Shown: positions 8,562-17,170, numbered from the stretch's first letter. The stretch: DNA of 32,000 nt from Candidatus Saccharimonadota bacterium (GCA_963698035.1 OY969114.1:450001-482000); one strand, 5' to 3'. The notes: generated by a model not told the origin, from the letters alone. Numbers and translations: made by a program.

Positions 8562-8774
8562 ATGGCCAAAATACCAAAGGCCGCAATAAAGCGGCTTGTT
8601 AACAGGAACAGTACGGTAAAGCTTACGGACAGGGCTGCGGAGTCAATATCCCTGATACTCGAAAAGAAGGCGAAGAAGATAGCCGCCTATGCAGTATCAG
8701 AAGCAAAGAAAAAGGGCAGGAACACGATATTGAAGGAGGACATAGACCTCTACAGGCTGAAGTTTGGTGACTGA
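8562..8774 (+). CDS. Archaeal histone (histone-fold protein, HMf family-like)
   Basis: 70 aa. IPKAAIKRLVNRNSTVKLTDRAAESISLILEKKAKKIAAYAVSEAKKKGRNTILKEDIDLYRLKF aligns by eye along its whole length with HMfB ([65 protein letters not shown]). Confidence 0.8.
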   Translation: MAKIPKAAIKRLVNRNSTVKLTDRAAESISLILEKKAKKIAAYAVSEAKKKGRNTILKEDIDLYRLKFGD

Positions 8775-9314
8775 TTGGAAGCGGTCGTGTCAAGAGGGAA
8801 GGGCAAGACAAAGATAGAGTACGCCCTCAACGGCAGCAAGCGGCTCGCCCTCTTTGAGGGAATAGGCAGTTGCATATTACAAACAACCTTTGACGAGAGC
8901 GGCAGCATCCTCGACCAGGCGCTGCTGAAGTCTGATGGCAGAAACATGGAGCAGGTCTCTAACGGCTTCCTTGCGAAGCTCGGCGCCTCGAAAGTTGCAG
9001 ATGGCAGCTTCAGCGAGATAAAGCTGCAGAGGCCCTGCCCCAAGTGCGGCAGCACGCCGCTTACCAGATACCTGGACACGAAGCTCTACCCTCTAGAAGT
9101 GCCGGTGATGCCCCTCTATGTCTGCGGAAGCTGCAAGGCGAAGAGCTATTACATGACCGATGATTATCTGAGGAAGCTAGTGCAGTCGAGCAGGGCGCTC
9201 TTCAGCGAGGAGGAGCTCTCCCAGCTGGGCAGGGACGAGAATGCCTTCATAAACGAGCTGAGAGCAAACATAATAAGAATATTTGCCTCCAAAAGGATAA
9301 TGTATGTTAAGTAG
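8775..9314 (+). CDS. Hypothetical protein with central CxxC...CxxC zinc ribbon
   Basis: 179-aa ORF starting on TTG directly after the histone stop; an alternative in-frame GTG lies at 8787. CPKCGS...(30 aa)...CGSCKA forms a 4-Cys ribbon, and the C-terminal third looks helical. Family not recognised. Confidence 0.5.
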   Translation: MEAVVSRGKGKTKIEYALNGSKRLALFEGIGSCILQTTFDESGSILDQALLKSDGRNMEQVSNGFLAKLGASKVADGSFSEIKLQRPCPKCGSTPLTRYLDTKLYPLEVPVMPLYVCGSCKAKSYYMTDDYLRKLVQSSRALFSEEELSQLGRDENAFINELRANIIRIFASKRIMYVK

Positions 9315-9322
9315 GAGATTGT

Positions 9323-9565
9323 ATGGCAATTCTATTATCTGAGCTTTACGGCAAGGAGATCATAACGAACGAGGGCAGGAGGATCGGGATGGTCGAGGAT
9401 GCGATTCTTGACTTCGAGAACGGCAAGGTGGCGAACCTGCTGCTCGTCAAGGCCGAAACGCTCACCAGGAGCGAGAATACCGCCTATGTACTTGCAAAGA
9501 ACAGCGTGAAGTACGAGAGGGTAAAGAGCATAGCAGAGTCGATAATAGTCGGCATACAGAAGTAG
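9323..9565 (+). CDS. PRC-barrel domain protein
   Basis: 80 aa. LSELYGKEIITNEGRRIGMVEDAILDFENGKVANLLLV follows the usual PRC-barrel pattern (L.GK.V....G..iG.V.D...D...G.v..L.v). Confidence 0.7.
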   Translation: MAILLSELYGKEIITNEGRRIGMVEDAILDFENGKVANLLLVKAETLTRSENTAYVLAKNSVKYERVKSIAESIIVGIQK

Positions 9566-9606
9566 TTTGCGTCTGGAATCCCTCAGCTTAGGCAGCAGTC
9601 ACTTCT

Positions 9607-9737
9607 CAATCTGTCGAAACCTCCCTTGAGATGTTCGGCCTGCTCTTCACTATGACCCGAGAGCCGCAATACTGGCATCTGATAAAGCCGTCGAGCTGCT
9701 TTATCTTCTTCCCGCAACCTGTGCATACATATGGCAT
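9607..9737 (-). CDS. rpoP: DNA-directed RNA polymerase subunit P (Rpo12/RpoP), reading frame interrupted by an apparent 1-nt frameshift
   Basis: Own translation from the ATG at 9737 gives MPYVCTGCGKKIKQLDGFIRCQYCGSGS*, stopping at 9651-9653. Shifting back one base after the Ser codon at about 9660 continues as RVIVKSRPNISREVSTD*, with the stop at 9607-9609. The joined 43-aa product matches the RpoP pattern CxxCG...RCxYCGxR[IV]..K.RP. The span is 131 nt, not a multiple of 3. It sits at the expected superoperon position. Confidence 0.6.
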
Positions 9738-9744
9738 AGCATCC

Positions 9745-10104
9745 TCACTTCTTAATTGTCTTCAACCATGATATAAAATCCTTGTGGAGCTGGTAAATCC
9801 CGGTGTCAATCACCCTAATTTTCGCTGTGCCCCCATAGTGCTCGTCGCTAAGCTCCAGGACAGCCTTGTAGTCCTTCATCTCGGTATAATGGACCTCCAT
9901 CCAGTGTATCTTCCCCTCAATGTAGTCCTTGAGCAGGTTATCCATCATTGGCGGCGAGGCAAAGCTGAAGAGTATCCCGTTGCACCAGTAGAGCGGCATC
10001 GTCCCGTTCGGCATCACCCTCTCCCTCAGAAGGTCGTCCATCGATATCTTTGATACGTCGTGCACCACCAGCGTGTGCAACGGCTCATAGATTATCTTTA
10101 CCAT
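9745..10104 (-). CDS. Hypothetical protein (119 aa) between rpl37ae and rpoP
   Basis: ORF packed 4 nt after rpl37ae and 7 nt before rpoP. No motif recognised. It sits where a Brix/Imp4-like gene is found in other archaeal exosome superoperons, but I see no Brix signature. Confidence 0.55.
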   Translation of the reverse strand: MVKIIYEPLHTLVVHDVSKISMDDLLRERVMPNGTMPLYWCNGILFSFASPPMMDNLLKDYIEGKIHWMEVHYTEMKDYKAVLELSDEHYGGTAKIRVIDTGIYQLHKDFISWLKTIKK

Positions 10105-10108
10105 AATA

Positions 10109-10351
10109 TCACTGCTTCTTCGCGTAGTCCTGGATAAGTCTTCGGGCGACCACCCCTGCCTCTGTCGTCATCGTGTAGGCTCCTCCCGCATAGATCGTGC
10201 CGCAGTGCCTGCATCTCCAGACGCTTGTGCCGGTCCTCTTCACGGAATTCCTGCCGCACATTTCGCACTTATAGTGTGCGCTTTTGTCAGCACGCACCGC
10301 CCAGTACCTTTTTCTTATGCTTGCACCGTATCTTACACTGAAGTTGGCCAC
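10109..10351 (-). CDS. rpl37ae: Ribosomal protein L37Ae (eL43)
   Basis: RYGASIRKRYWAVRADKSAHYKCEMCGRNSVKRTGTSVWRCRHCGTIYAGGAY has the typical L37Ae Zn ribbon and flanks. Confidence 0.92.
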   Translation of the reverse strand: MANFSVRYGASIRKRYWAVRADKSAHYKCEMCGRNSVKRTGTSVWRCRHCGTIYAGGAYTMTTEAGVVARRLIQDYAKKQ

Positions 10352-10355
10352 GTTA

Positions 10356-11156
10356 TCATCTAGAAGAGTCTATCAGTTTCTTCAACTCCTTATGCTTTGC
10401 GAGCGACACATCGATCATTCCCTCAATTTCCTTTTGGGATAGGCTGCCTCCAAGGCCTTTCTGCATAGCCCTCACGAAGCTGCCATCTGTAGCGATCGTC
10501 AGCCTCGCGCTTGCAGCAGCCTCCTCGTTGCCATCCGGGTCAAGAATGAGGCTTCCATCTATCTTGGCGAACGTCGCCGATGCCACGATATTATCTATCT
10601 TCAACCCTTTTATTCTTTTCTCCCTCACCACCTTCTCATCCTCGTACTCGGGTACCTTGGTGTTGACAAGGGCGCCCATCGCAGCAAGGCAGCCGGCATC
10701 AAACAGGTTGCCGTCGTAGTTCAGTATGTATATGTCTACATAGACGTTCCATGCCTTGTCATCCGCCACCTTCAGGCTCTCAAGGTCCACGCACCTTCCC
10801 GCGCGTATTCCCCTGTCGACTACCCTCGCTAGCTCTATAGCCTCTGGGCTCGGCGGCCCCGTCTCGTAATCGGGCGATGCAAGCGGAAGCAGCTCTGCAG
10901 ACATCGCCATGGTCCCTTCGTCAGGGGTGTCCTCCATAGGCTCTCCAAGGTCGAGCTTTACCCCCACGAGCACCCTAGTGCCGCCAAGGTCTACCTGCGC
11001 GGATCCTTCCGCATTGGGCAGGAGCCCGGTCTTTATCTTTATCTCCCTGAAGTCTGACAGCCCTCTCGAATCCTCACGCGAATTCTTCGATAGCAGCCCC
11101 CTGATGTAATTGCTCCTTACAATCTCTATTGCGTTCATATCATTCACCACTTTCAT
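10356..11156 (-). CDS. rrp42: Exosome complex subunit Rrp42 (RNase PH-like, non-catalytic)
   Basis: RNase PH fold pattern: REDSRGLSDFREIKIKTGLLPNAEGSAQVDLGGTRVLVGVK. It lies directly after rrp41. The start is either 11156 (17-nt overlap with rrp41) or the in-frame ATG at 11138. Confidence 0.88.
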   Translation of the reverse strand: MKVVNDMNAIEIVRSNYIRGLLSKNSREDSRGLSDFREIKIKTGLLPNAEGSAQVDLGGTRVLVGVKLDLGEPMEDTPDEGTMAMSAELLPLASPDYETGPPSPEAIELARVVDRGIRAGRCVDLESLKVADDKAWNVYVDIYILNYDGNLFDAGCLAAMGALVNTKVPEYEDEKVVREKRIKGLKIDNIVASATFAKIDGSLILDPDGNEEAAASARLTIATDGSFVRAMQKGLGGSLSQKEIEGMIDVSLAKHKELKKLIDSSR

Positions 11157-11889
11157 ACCTGTCTGCGACCTTCTTGTATACCTCCCTCAGCGCATCCCTC
11201 TGCACCTTGCTTATGGTCTTGCCCGCCTCTATTACCATCTGCATCGCCCTTGAGAATTCCTCCTTGCTGTAGCTTCCGTCCATCTGCAGGAGCAGTACGC
11301 TGTTATCCCTCGGCGCTACCGCGACAGGCATGTCGGAATCGGAATAGTTGTCCTCTATCATGTTCATGTCGAGTATCAGCTCCTCGCCCACCTTCCCTAC
11401 CGATACCGCGTAGACGAGGTCCTTCATGTGTATGCCGGCGCTGGCAAGCGCAACAGCCGCTGCAGTTATGCCCGCAGCGCGGGTGCCGCCGTCGCTTTGC
11501 AGTATCTCTATGAAGATGTTTATCTGGCTTCCAGGGAACTCGTTCAGCATTATAACATTCTCGAAGACCTCCTTTACGACCTTCGATATCTCAGTTGCCC
11601 TCCTGTTCGGCCCGCTCCTGTTGTGCTCCGAAAGGGAGGAGAACGGCGCCATCGCATACCTGCACTTGATTATTGCCTTTGACGGGTCAGCCATGTGCTT
11701 CGGCTGAGCCTCGACCGGCCCGTAGACCGCCGCAAGCACCTTGTTGCTGCCCCATTCAAGATAAGCGGATCCATCCGCATTCTTCAGCACCGATGCCTCT
11801 ATCGTGAGCGGCCTGAGCACGTTAGGGCCCCTGCCGTCCAGCCTCTTTCCGTTCACTATCAATTCTGGTTTGTTAGCTTTTGAAGACAT
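11140..11889 (-). CDS. rrp41: Exosome complex exonuclease Rrp41 (RNase PH-like, catalytic)
   Basis: GKRLDGRGPNVLRPLTIEASVLKNADGSAYLEWGSNKVLAAVYGP and ...DGGTRAAGITAA... are Rrp41/RNase PH signatures. Confidence 0.92.
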   Translation of the reverse strand: MSSKANKPELIVNGKRLDGRGPNVLRPLTIEASVLKNADGSAYLEWGSNKVLAAVYGPVEAQPKHMADPSKAIIKCRYAMAPFSSLSEHNRSGPNRRATEISKVVKEVFENVIMLNEFPGSQINIFIEILQSDGGTRAAGITAAAVALASAGIHMKDLVYAVSVGKVGEELILDMNMIEDNYSDSDMPVAVAPRDNSVLLLQMDGSYSKEEFSRAMQMVIEAGKTISKVQRDALREVYKKVADRYESGE

Positions 11890-12497
11890 TATTCCACCGA
11901 TTTCTTTTCTACCATGTTCTTTATCCTTTCAGTAAGCCCCGAAACGTGGGCCTCGCTCTCTATCCTGACCATCGCCTCGATCGCGAGCGGCACGTTGCCG
12001 CCCTTTATCCAGATGAAGCCGTTCTTGCCGACCACTATGCTGGACTTGGTACTATCGCATATCTGCTTTATCATTGTGTTCGCCTTTCCTATGACCCTGG
12101 GTATCTTGGACGGCCTTATCCGCAGGAGCATCCCTCCGTCAAGAAGCCTAGGATAGCTCAGTATTATCGTCTTCCTGTCCTCCACGTCCTTTATGGTTGC
12201 CTCTACCACGTCCCCTATCCTGAAGGAGAACTTCTCGAACTTCCCGCTTATTATGAGGCTCCTTCCGTGGAACATTAGGTCAACCTCGTAGACGCTGCTC
12301 TTCACAGCGCGTATTATCCCCACCACGGTGTCCTCGACGCGTGGCACCCATGCACCCTCCAATGGCACTATCGACCTGGATCCGCTCTCGTACATGCCGA
12401 GCACCATCGAGTAGGTCTTGCCGTTGTCTATGTAGCTGTATGGCCCCCTTACCTGCCCATCAGATACCAGCTCTCCAGGGAAAATTATCTCTTTCAT
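11889..12497 (-). CDS. rrp4: Exosome RNA-binding subunit Rrp4 (S1 + KH)
   Basis: N-terminal PGELVS, an S1-like core (PRVEDTVVGIIRAVKSSVYEVDL), and a KH GxxG segment (KIPRVIGKANTMIKQICDSTKSSIVVGKNGFIWI). It is at the operon position before rrp41. Confidence 0.88.
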   Translation of the reverse strand: MKEIIFPGELVSDGQVRGPYSYIDNGKTYSMVLGMYESGSRSIVPLEGAWVPRVEDTVVGIIRAVKSSVYEVDLMFHGRSLIISGKFEKFSFRIGDVVEATIKDVEDRKTIILSYPRLLDGGMLLRIRPSKIPRVIGKANTMIKQICDSTKSSIVVGKNGFIWIKGGNVPLAIEAMVRIESEAHVSGLTERIKNMVEKKSVE

Positions 12498-12501
12498 AAA
12501 A

Positions 12502-13194
12502 TCAATTTTCTAACACCTTTGTTTCTACTCTGCCTTGCGTCGCCTTGTTGATCCTGTCGAAGAACTCGCCCTGCATTCCAGCCGGAAACTCGACCCGCGC
12601 CTGCAGGCTTCCGTTGCTCAGCCAGCTCTCCGACTTCAGCCCGTACTGCTTGAGTATCCCGTAGCACCTGCCCGCCATCTCCGCAGGTATCGTGACCTCT
12701 ATCTTGGCGGTGGCGAACTTTATCGGCATTATCGAGCTTATTTTCTTCACCACCGCGTCCACCTGCTGCGTCGCGCTCTTGAACGGGTCTACCGTTGCCT
12801 TCGCCTCGCGCATCGCATTCTCTATCCTGAGGGGCGGGTTTGGCGCGTTTGTCCTTGGGTCTATCGAATTTGTCGCTATGATGCCCACTATCTGTTTCCT
12901 CTTCTCTTCGGTGAACCTATTTCTCTGCTCTGTTGTTATCGGAACGTTCCCGTTCTTCAATATGATATCGACAATCTTCGCGAGGTCCTCTGTACCAAAC
13001 ACTTTCTTTATCTTCTCTGCGCTCTGTCTCTCCCCCTTTTTGGCGTCCTTGAAGATCTCGTCTACCTCGATGACCTTCATCGGGTCCGTCGCCCTGCCGT
13101 TTATGTAGTCAAAGGCGAGATCGGAGTCGACAAATATCTCGAATGTCGAATCTCCCTTTTCATACTTGGCTATGACCGTCTTAGAAGAAGTCAT
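12502..13194 (-). CDS. SBDS/Sdo1 family ribosome maturation protein
   Basis: The N-terminus AKYEKGDSTFEIFVDSDLAFDYINGR and the overall 230-aa length fit the SBDS family. Position is conserved between psmA and rrp4. Confidence 0.9.
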   Translation of the reverse strand: MTSSKTVIAKYEKGDSTFEIFVDSDLAFDYINGRATDPMKVIEVDEIFKDAKKGERQSAEKIKKVFGTEDLAKIVDIILKNGNVPITTEQRNRFTEEKRKQIVGIIATNSIDPRTNAPNPPLRIENAMREAKATVDPFKSATQQVDAVVKKISSIMPIKFATAKIEVTIPAEMAGRCYGILKQYGLKSESWLSNGSLQARVEFPAGMQGEFFDRINKATQGRVETKVLEN

Positions 13195-13218
13195 AAGTTA
13201 TCACAATGGCTTAAAGCG

Positions 13219-13917
13219 TCAGAGGTACTTGGCTACCTTGTCCGGAGTGAACATCATGTAACCTTCGCTGCTCTTTATCGTGGCTATGTCTATGTTATCC
13301 TCCTTTATGGACTGCTTCTCCCCGACCTTTTTTATTATTCTTACACATAATGATATCACGTCGTCTATGCTCATATCCTCCTTGTACTCCTTCGCCAGCA
13401 TCTCGTCAGCAACATTCTTGCCCGAGCCGATGGCGTCGGCCTTGTAGCCTGCAACCGTAGCTGCCGGGTCTATCTCATAGAGCCTCGGCTCCCTGTCCAC
13501 TCCCCCTACAAGTATGGATACCGCGTACGGCCTTATGCCTCCATACTGCGTCGCGAGGAGGAGCTCCTCTGAAATGTCACGTGCAATCGTCTCTACCGAT
13601 TCGGTCTCGTTGTATACCATCCTATGGGTCTGCGTCTTTGACCTCATCATATTCACCAGGTGCAGACCGTCTGCGACAATGCCGCTGTAGGTCGCCCCTA
13701 TGTAGGAATCGATCCTGAACACCTTCTGCATGCTCGAGGGCACGGTGAGCGGGGCGGTTATGTTCTTGTGCGCCACGAATACCACGCCCTCCTTTGTGGT
13801 GACGCCGATCGATGTCGCGCCCCGCTTAACCGCCTCTCTTGCATATTCTACCTGGAAGAGACGTCCATCGGGAGCGAACATCACTCCCCTATCATATGCT
13901 TGTATGTTCGGATACAT
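13219..13917 (-). CDS. psmA: Proteasome subunit alpha
   Basis: YDRGVMFAPDGRLFQVEYAREAVKRGATSIGV is the hallmark N-terminus of the proteasome alpha subunit. Confidence 0.95.
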   Translation of the reverse strand: MYPNIQAYDRGVMFAPDGRLFQVEYAREAVKRGATSIGVTTKEGVVFVAHKNITAPLTVPSSMQKVFRIDSYIGATYSGIVADGLHLVNMMRSKTQTHRMVYNETESVETIARDISEELLLATQYGGIRPYAVSILVGGVDREPRLYEIDPAATVAGYKADAIGSGKNVADEMLAKEYKEDMSIDDVISLCVRIIKKVGEKQSIKEDNIDIATIKSSEGYMMFTPDKVAKYL

Positions 13918-14084
13918 TTATACACCAGAAAGATTAAAACTACGAAGCTGTCAGATGCCGATTATGATATCAACAAATCGCAATATTAATTGGGCTATAA
14001 GCTTAATAATGCTTTCTTCACGGCCTTCACGCTGATTTTTTGAGGTGTTTCGTAACGCTCCGCAGCGCGATAATAAAGGCATGA

Positions 14085-14396
14085 TCAGTACTTGAATGAG
14101 GAGAGCGCCTTTATCGTCCCAGAGGTCTTCAGGGTATAGAAATAGCAGTCTTTGCCGTTCATCTTCTTCAGCAGCCCCAGCGCAGCGATGAGCAGCCCGG
14201 ATCCGGCCAGCCCCGCCCTAAGTACGAACCTCCTATCGCTTACGAACTTCACCATCCTAGGATTTACCCTATGATAGGTGGATTCCCCGATAGAGTGAAG
14301 AAGCGCGTTGTAGAGCGCCAGGGAGAAGTCATCCCTCTCTGCCTCGGCTACGCCGATGCCAGATTCCACAAGTATATACCTGCGTTTGTCTCTCAT
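14085..14396 (-). CDS. rnp2: RNase P protein component 2 (Pop5 homolog)
   Basis: MRDKRRYILVE start and C-terminal TLKTSGTIKAL fit Pop5. It has a 4-nt overlap with rnp3 and precedes psmA, as in other archaea. Confidence 0.8.
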   Translation of the reverse strand: MRDKRRYILVESGIGVAEAERDDFSLALYNALLHSIGESTYHRVNPRMVKFVSDRRFVLRAGLAGSGLLIAALGLLKKMNGKDCYFYTLKTSGTIKALSSFKY

Positions 14397-14914
14397 CTTC
14401 CCACCAAAAGCGCCTTGTTCGTCACCCCGACGCTCTCCCTGGCATAGTCCTCATCTGCTCCCACAAGCTTAGCGATCTCGATGATCTGCATGTAAGAGCA
14501 CATCATCGAATCTGAGCGGGCCATGGTAATGAAGCTCACCGGAACCTTCTCCTTCTTTGCATATGAGAAGAGCTTCCCCATCTTGAAAAGCAGCCTCGAC
14601 CTCCTCAGCCCGTAAAGCCGCATGGGGTCAGAGAGCGATATGCAGAGCACGGTGCGATTGTCGGCCATCGTCTGGATAAGCCTTTTGTCGATATTGTAAT
14701 CCGGTATGTAGATGCATGCTACACCGCCCGCAGCTGCGCTTATCAGGCTGCCCGACGGCCCGCTGACTATGCAGCCTCTGTCCTTTATTCCAGAGCGCTC
14801 AAGCTCAACAAACGATATGTCCTCTGGTATAACGCCTATCTTTGCGAAGCCAAGCTTCCTCGCTGCATTATCGTCAGCGCTGCAGCCTTCAAAGACTATG
14901 TCGTAATAGGGCAA
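14393..14914 (-). CDS. rnp3: RNase P protein component 3 (Rpp30 homolog)
   Basis: The ORF is open to 15007, but that extension overlaps the cdc6 3' end and is Arg/Gly-rich. The in-frame TTG at 14914 gives (M)PYYDIVFEG..., resembling the usual Rpp30 N-terminus. The call also rests on position before rnp2. There is no internal ATG near the N-terminus. Confidence 0.7.
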   Translation of the reverse strand: MPYYDIVFEGCSADDNAARKLGFAKIGVIPEDISFVELERSGIKDRGCIVSGPSGSLISAAAGGVACIYIPDYNIDKRLIQTMADNRTVLCISLSDPMRLYGLRRSRLLFKMGKLFSYAKKEKVPVSFITMARSDSMMCSYMQIIEIAKLVGADEDYARESVGVTNKALLVGR

Positions 14915-14922
14915 GCAAGCAC

Positions 14923-16143
14923 CTAGGCTACGGGCTCCTCCTCCTTCTGCTCCTGGACGCCGAATATCTCCTTCTCTATGACGTCGCGCGTCTTCTTTGG
15001 CGGACATAGGAGCTTGACCAGCTTCGTGTGGCCTCGTATCCCCTTCCCGGACTCGAACGCGGCTATGAGCCCCTGCATCTCCAGCTCAGAAAGGTACTTC
15101 CTGTACCACCTCTCGCTCTTCGGCTCCTTCTTCATGCTCTCAGATATGGACTTGTAGCGGTTGTAAATCTCTCCGCTGAACAGGTATGTGTCAACCCCGT
15201 CGGTCAGCTTCTTGTACGTGCCACCACTCTGCGTCAGCAGCGTTATCGAGTAGAGGACGAGCTTCTGATGCTCCGGCAGGGTCGCTATCAGGTCGTATAC
15301 AGCATCGTTCTCGGCTAGCTTCGCGGCGTCCTGCGCCTCCTTCATCGTTATGGAGGAGAGCCCCCTGTCGTCGCCCAGCTCGCCCGCCTTAGAAAGCACC
15401 TTTAGCGAGAATCTTGCGTCACCGCCCTCCTTCGCAGCCTGTGCAGCTATGTAGTGCAGCACATCGTCACTTACGACTCCCTTCTTGAAGCCCACCCCCG
15501 CCCTGTCCTTCAGTATCGCATAGAGCTCCGTCGCGTAATACGGCGAGAAGACGAGCTCGGTCTCGTAGAGCGTCGATAGGCTCCTCGGGTCGAGCTCATC
15601 CTTGAATGATACCTTGTTCGAGATGCCGATCATCGACACCCCTCCCGCTTTTATATCGCTGTTTATCCTTGTGAGCGTGTATATAAGGTCGTCAAGGTCC
15701 TTCACCATGTCTATCTCGTCCAGTACCGCAACGAATATCTTGCTATCCTCCTCTATCCAGTTCCTGAGCCGCTCATACAGGTCAACCGCCCCATACCCTC
15801 TCTTTGCATACGTGGGCAGGTGGTCCCCTATTATCCTCGCCAGCACCTTGAACCTGGAGTTGTATATCCTGCAGTTTATGTAAGAGATACGCGTCTTCGT
15901 GTTCGGAATGTTTCTTATCTCCTCTATCACGTAGTTTACGCAGGATGTCTTTCCGGCCCCCGTCTTCCCGTATATAAAGAGGTTCCTGCCGCGCTCGCCC
16001 TTCAGCGACGGGGCGATGGCGCGCTCTATGTTGTTTATCTCCTTTTCCCTGAAGACCAGTTTTTTCGGGGTATAGTGCGGAGAGAGCACCTCCCTTACCT
16101 GGAATATCTTCGAATCGCCAAGAAGGTCGTTTAACGTCTGCAT
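14923..16143 (-). CDS. cdc6: Orc1/Cdc6 replication initiator (AAA+)
   Basis: Walker A is GKTGAGKTS and Walker B is VAVLDEID. The N-terminal LSPHYTPKKLVFREKEI and a C-terminal winged-helix-like end are also present. The likely start is the ATG at 16143 (MQTLNDLL); the ORF is open to 16158. Confidence 0.93.
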   Translation of the reverse strand: MQTLNDLLGDSKIFQVREVLSPHYTPKKLVFREKEINNIERAIAPSLKGERGRNLFIYGKTGAGKTSCVNYVIEEIRNIPNTKTRISYINCRIYNSRFKVLARIIGDHLPTYAKRGYGAVDLYERLRNWIEEDSKIFVAVLDEIDMVKDLDDLIYTLTRINSDIKAGGVSMIGISNKVSFKDELDPRSLSTLYETELVFSPYYATELYAILKDRAGVGFKKGVVSDDVLHYIAAQAAKEGGDARFSLKVLSKAGELGDDRGLSSITMKEAQDAAKLAENDAVYDLIATLPEHQKLVLYSITLLTQSGGTYKKLTDGVDTYLFSGEIYNRYKSISESMKKEPKSERWYRKYLSELEMQGLIAAFESGKGIRGHTKLVKLLCPPKKTRDVIEKEIFGVQEQKEEEPVA

Positions 16144-16237
16144 TATAGCCCCGCACAAATTAGCGGTTCACTTTCTATTTTGGGTTTAAAAATACTTCCC
16201 TTGTTGTGCAGAGATAAAACTACACCAAAAAGTAAAA

Positions 16238-16555
16238 TCAGATGAGGTGTCTCTCGCGCAGCTTGGTCACGTCAAGGGCGCTATACCTCCAGACTATGTT
16301 CGCCCGCTGATCGCTTTGGACCACCCACGGCTTGATTATTACCACGTCGTTCTCCTTGATCCAGAACCTCCTTCTGAACCTTCCCGGTATGGAGCAGAGC
16401 CGCTGCTTGCCGTCAGCGCAGTCGACCAAGAACTTTGTGGCGCCCGCTATCCTGACAACACTGCCGAGTATCTCCCCCTCCGATTGGTTGGGGAGTTTCA
16501 GCCTGTACTCGATAGGCGCGCCGCGCCTCTCGTCAGTCGTCGGTTTTCTTGGCAT
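16238..16555 (-). CDS. eif1a: Translation initiation factor aIF-1A
   Basis: GEILGSVVRIAGATKFLVDCADGKQRLCSIPGRFRRRFWIKENDVVIIKPW is the typical S1-like aIF-1A core. Confidence 0.92.
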   Translation of the reverse strand: MPRKPTTDERRGAPIEYRLKLPNQSEGEILGSVVRIAGATKFLVDCADGKQRLCSIPGRFRRRFWIKENDVVIIKPWVVQSDQRANIVWRYSALDVTKLRERHLI

Positions 16556-16562
16556 ATGACCA

Positions 16563-16979
16563 CTAGTAATTCTTCACTCCGTATCTTGAGCCGCACGCCT
16601 CGCACACAAGGTAGAACATGCCGCGCCCCGCCCTCTCGAGCTTCGTATCGGGCTTGTGGCATTCCCTGCATATCACGTACACCTCGAAGTAGCGCTGCAT
16701 GCGCTTGTCGAGGTCCGCAGGCTGGAATTTTCCGCTTATCACAAGGCGCTGTTCCTCCACATTGACCGGAACCCCAAGCTCCTTGCTCACGTATCGCGCC
16801 ATCTCCTTCGGGTCCCTCCTTGCTTTGTCTGCGAATGCGTTGAGGTTCCTCAATATCGTCTTGCTGCCCTGCACGAGCGAATCCACCTTGGGTATAACAA
16901 AATCGGAGCTCTCGCTGGCGATGACATGCGCATTAGCGAAAGCGCGGTCAAGCAGTTTCATGTATTCTTCGTCGCTCAA
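16563..16979 (-). CDS. eif2b: Translation initiation factor aIF-2 subunit beta
   Basis: YMKLLDRAF, TILRNLNAFADKARRDPKEMARYVSKELG and the C-terminal Zn ribbon CRECHKPDT...CEACGS fit aIF-2 beta. Confidence 0.92.
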   Translation of the reverse strand: MSDEEYMKLLDRAFANAHVIASESSDFVIPKVDSLVQGSKTILRNLNAFADKARRDPKEMARYVSKELGVPVNVEEQRLVISGKFQPADLDKRMQRYFEVYVICRECHKPDTKLERAGRGMFYLVCEACGSRYGVKNY

Positions 16980-17170
16980 CGCTACACCTTTTGCACTGTA
17001 TATCTGTCGGGCAGATATTTAAAAGGATAAGAGATCAACCGGCGGATTCGATCGATGGCAGAGAAATTATACCGTCAGAGCCTTGCCATGTGATAAAAAT
17101 GGAGGAGTGGGGGAAAGCGTAAATTACTATACTACAACATTAAAGTAAAGTGACCCGTGCAAGCGATGGA

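Noticed and set aside
12535-13350. 271-aa plus-strand ORF
   Set aside because: It is antisense to SBDS and the start of psmA, has an unnatural Leu/Arg/Tyr-rich composition, and has no motif.
16159-16237. Replication origin next to cdc6
   Set aside because: There are only 79 bp of intergenic sequence upstream of cdc6, and I see no ORB-like inverted repeats or long AT-rich unwinding element. The downstream side runs straight into rnp3.
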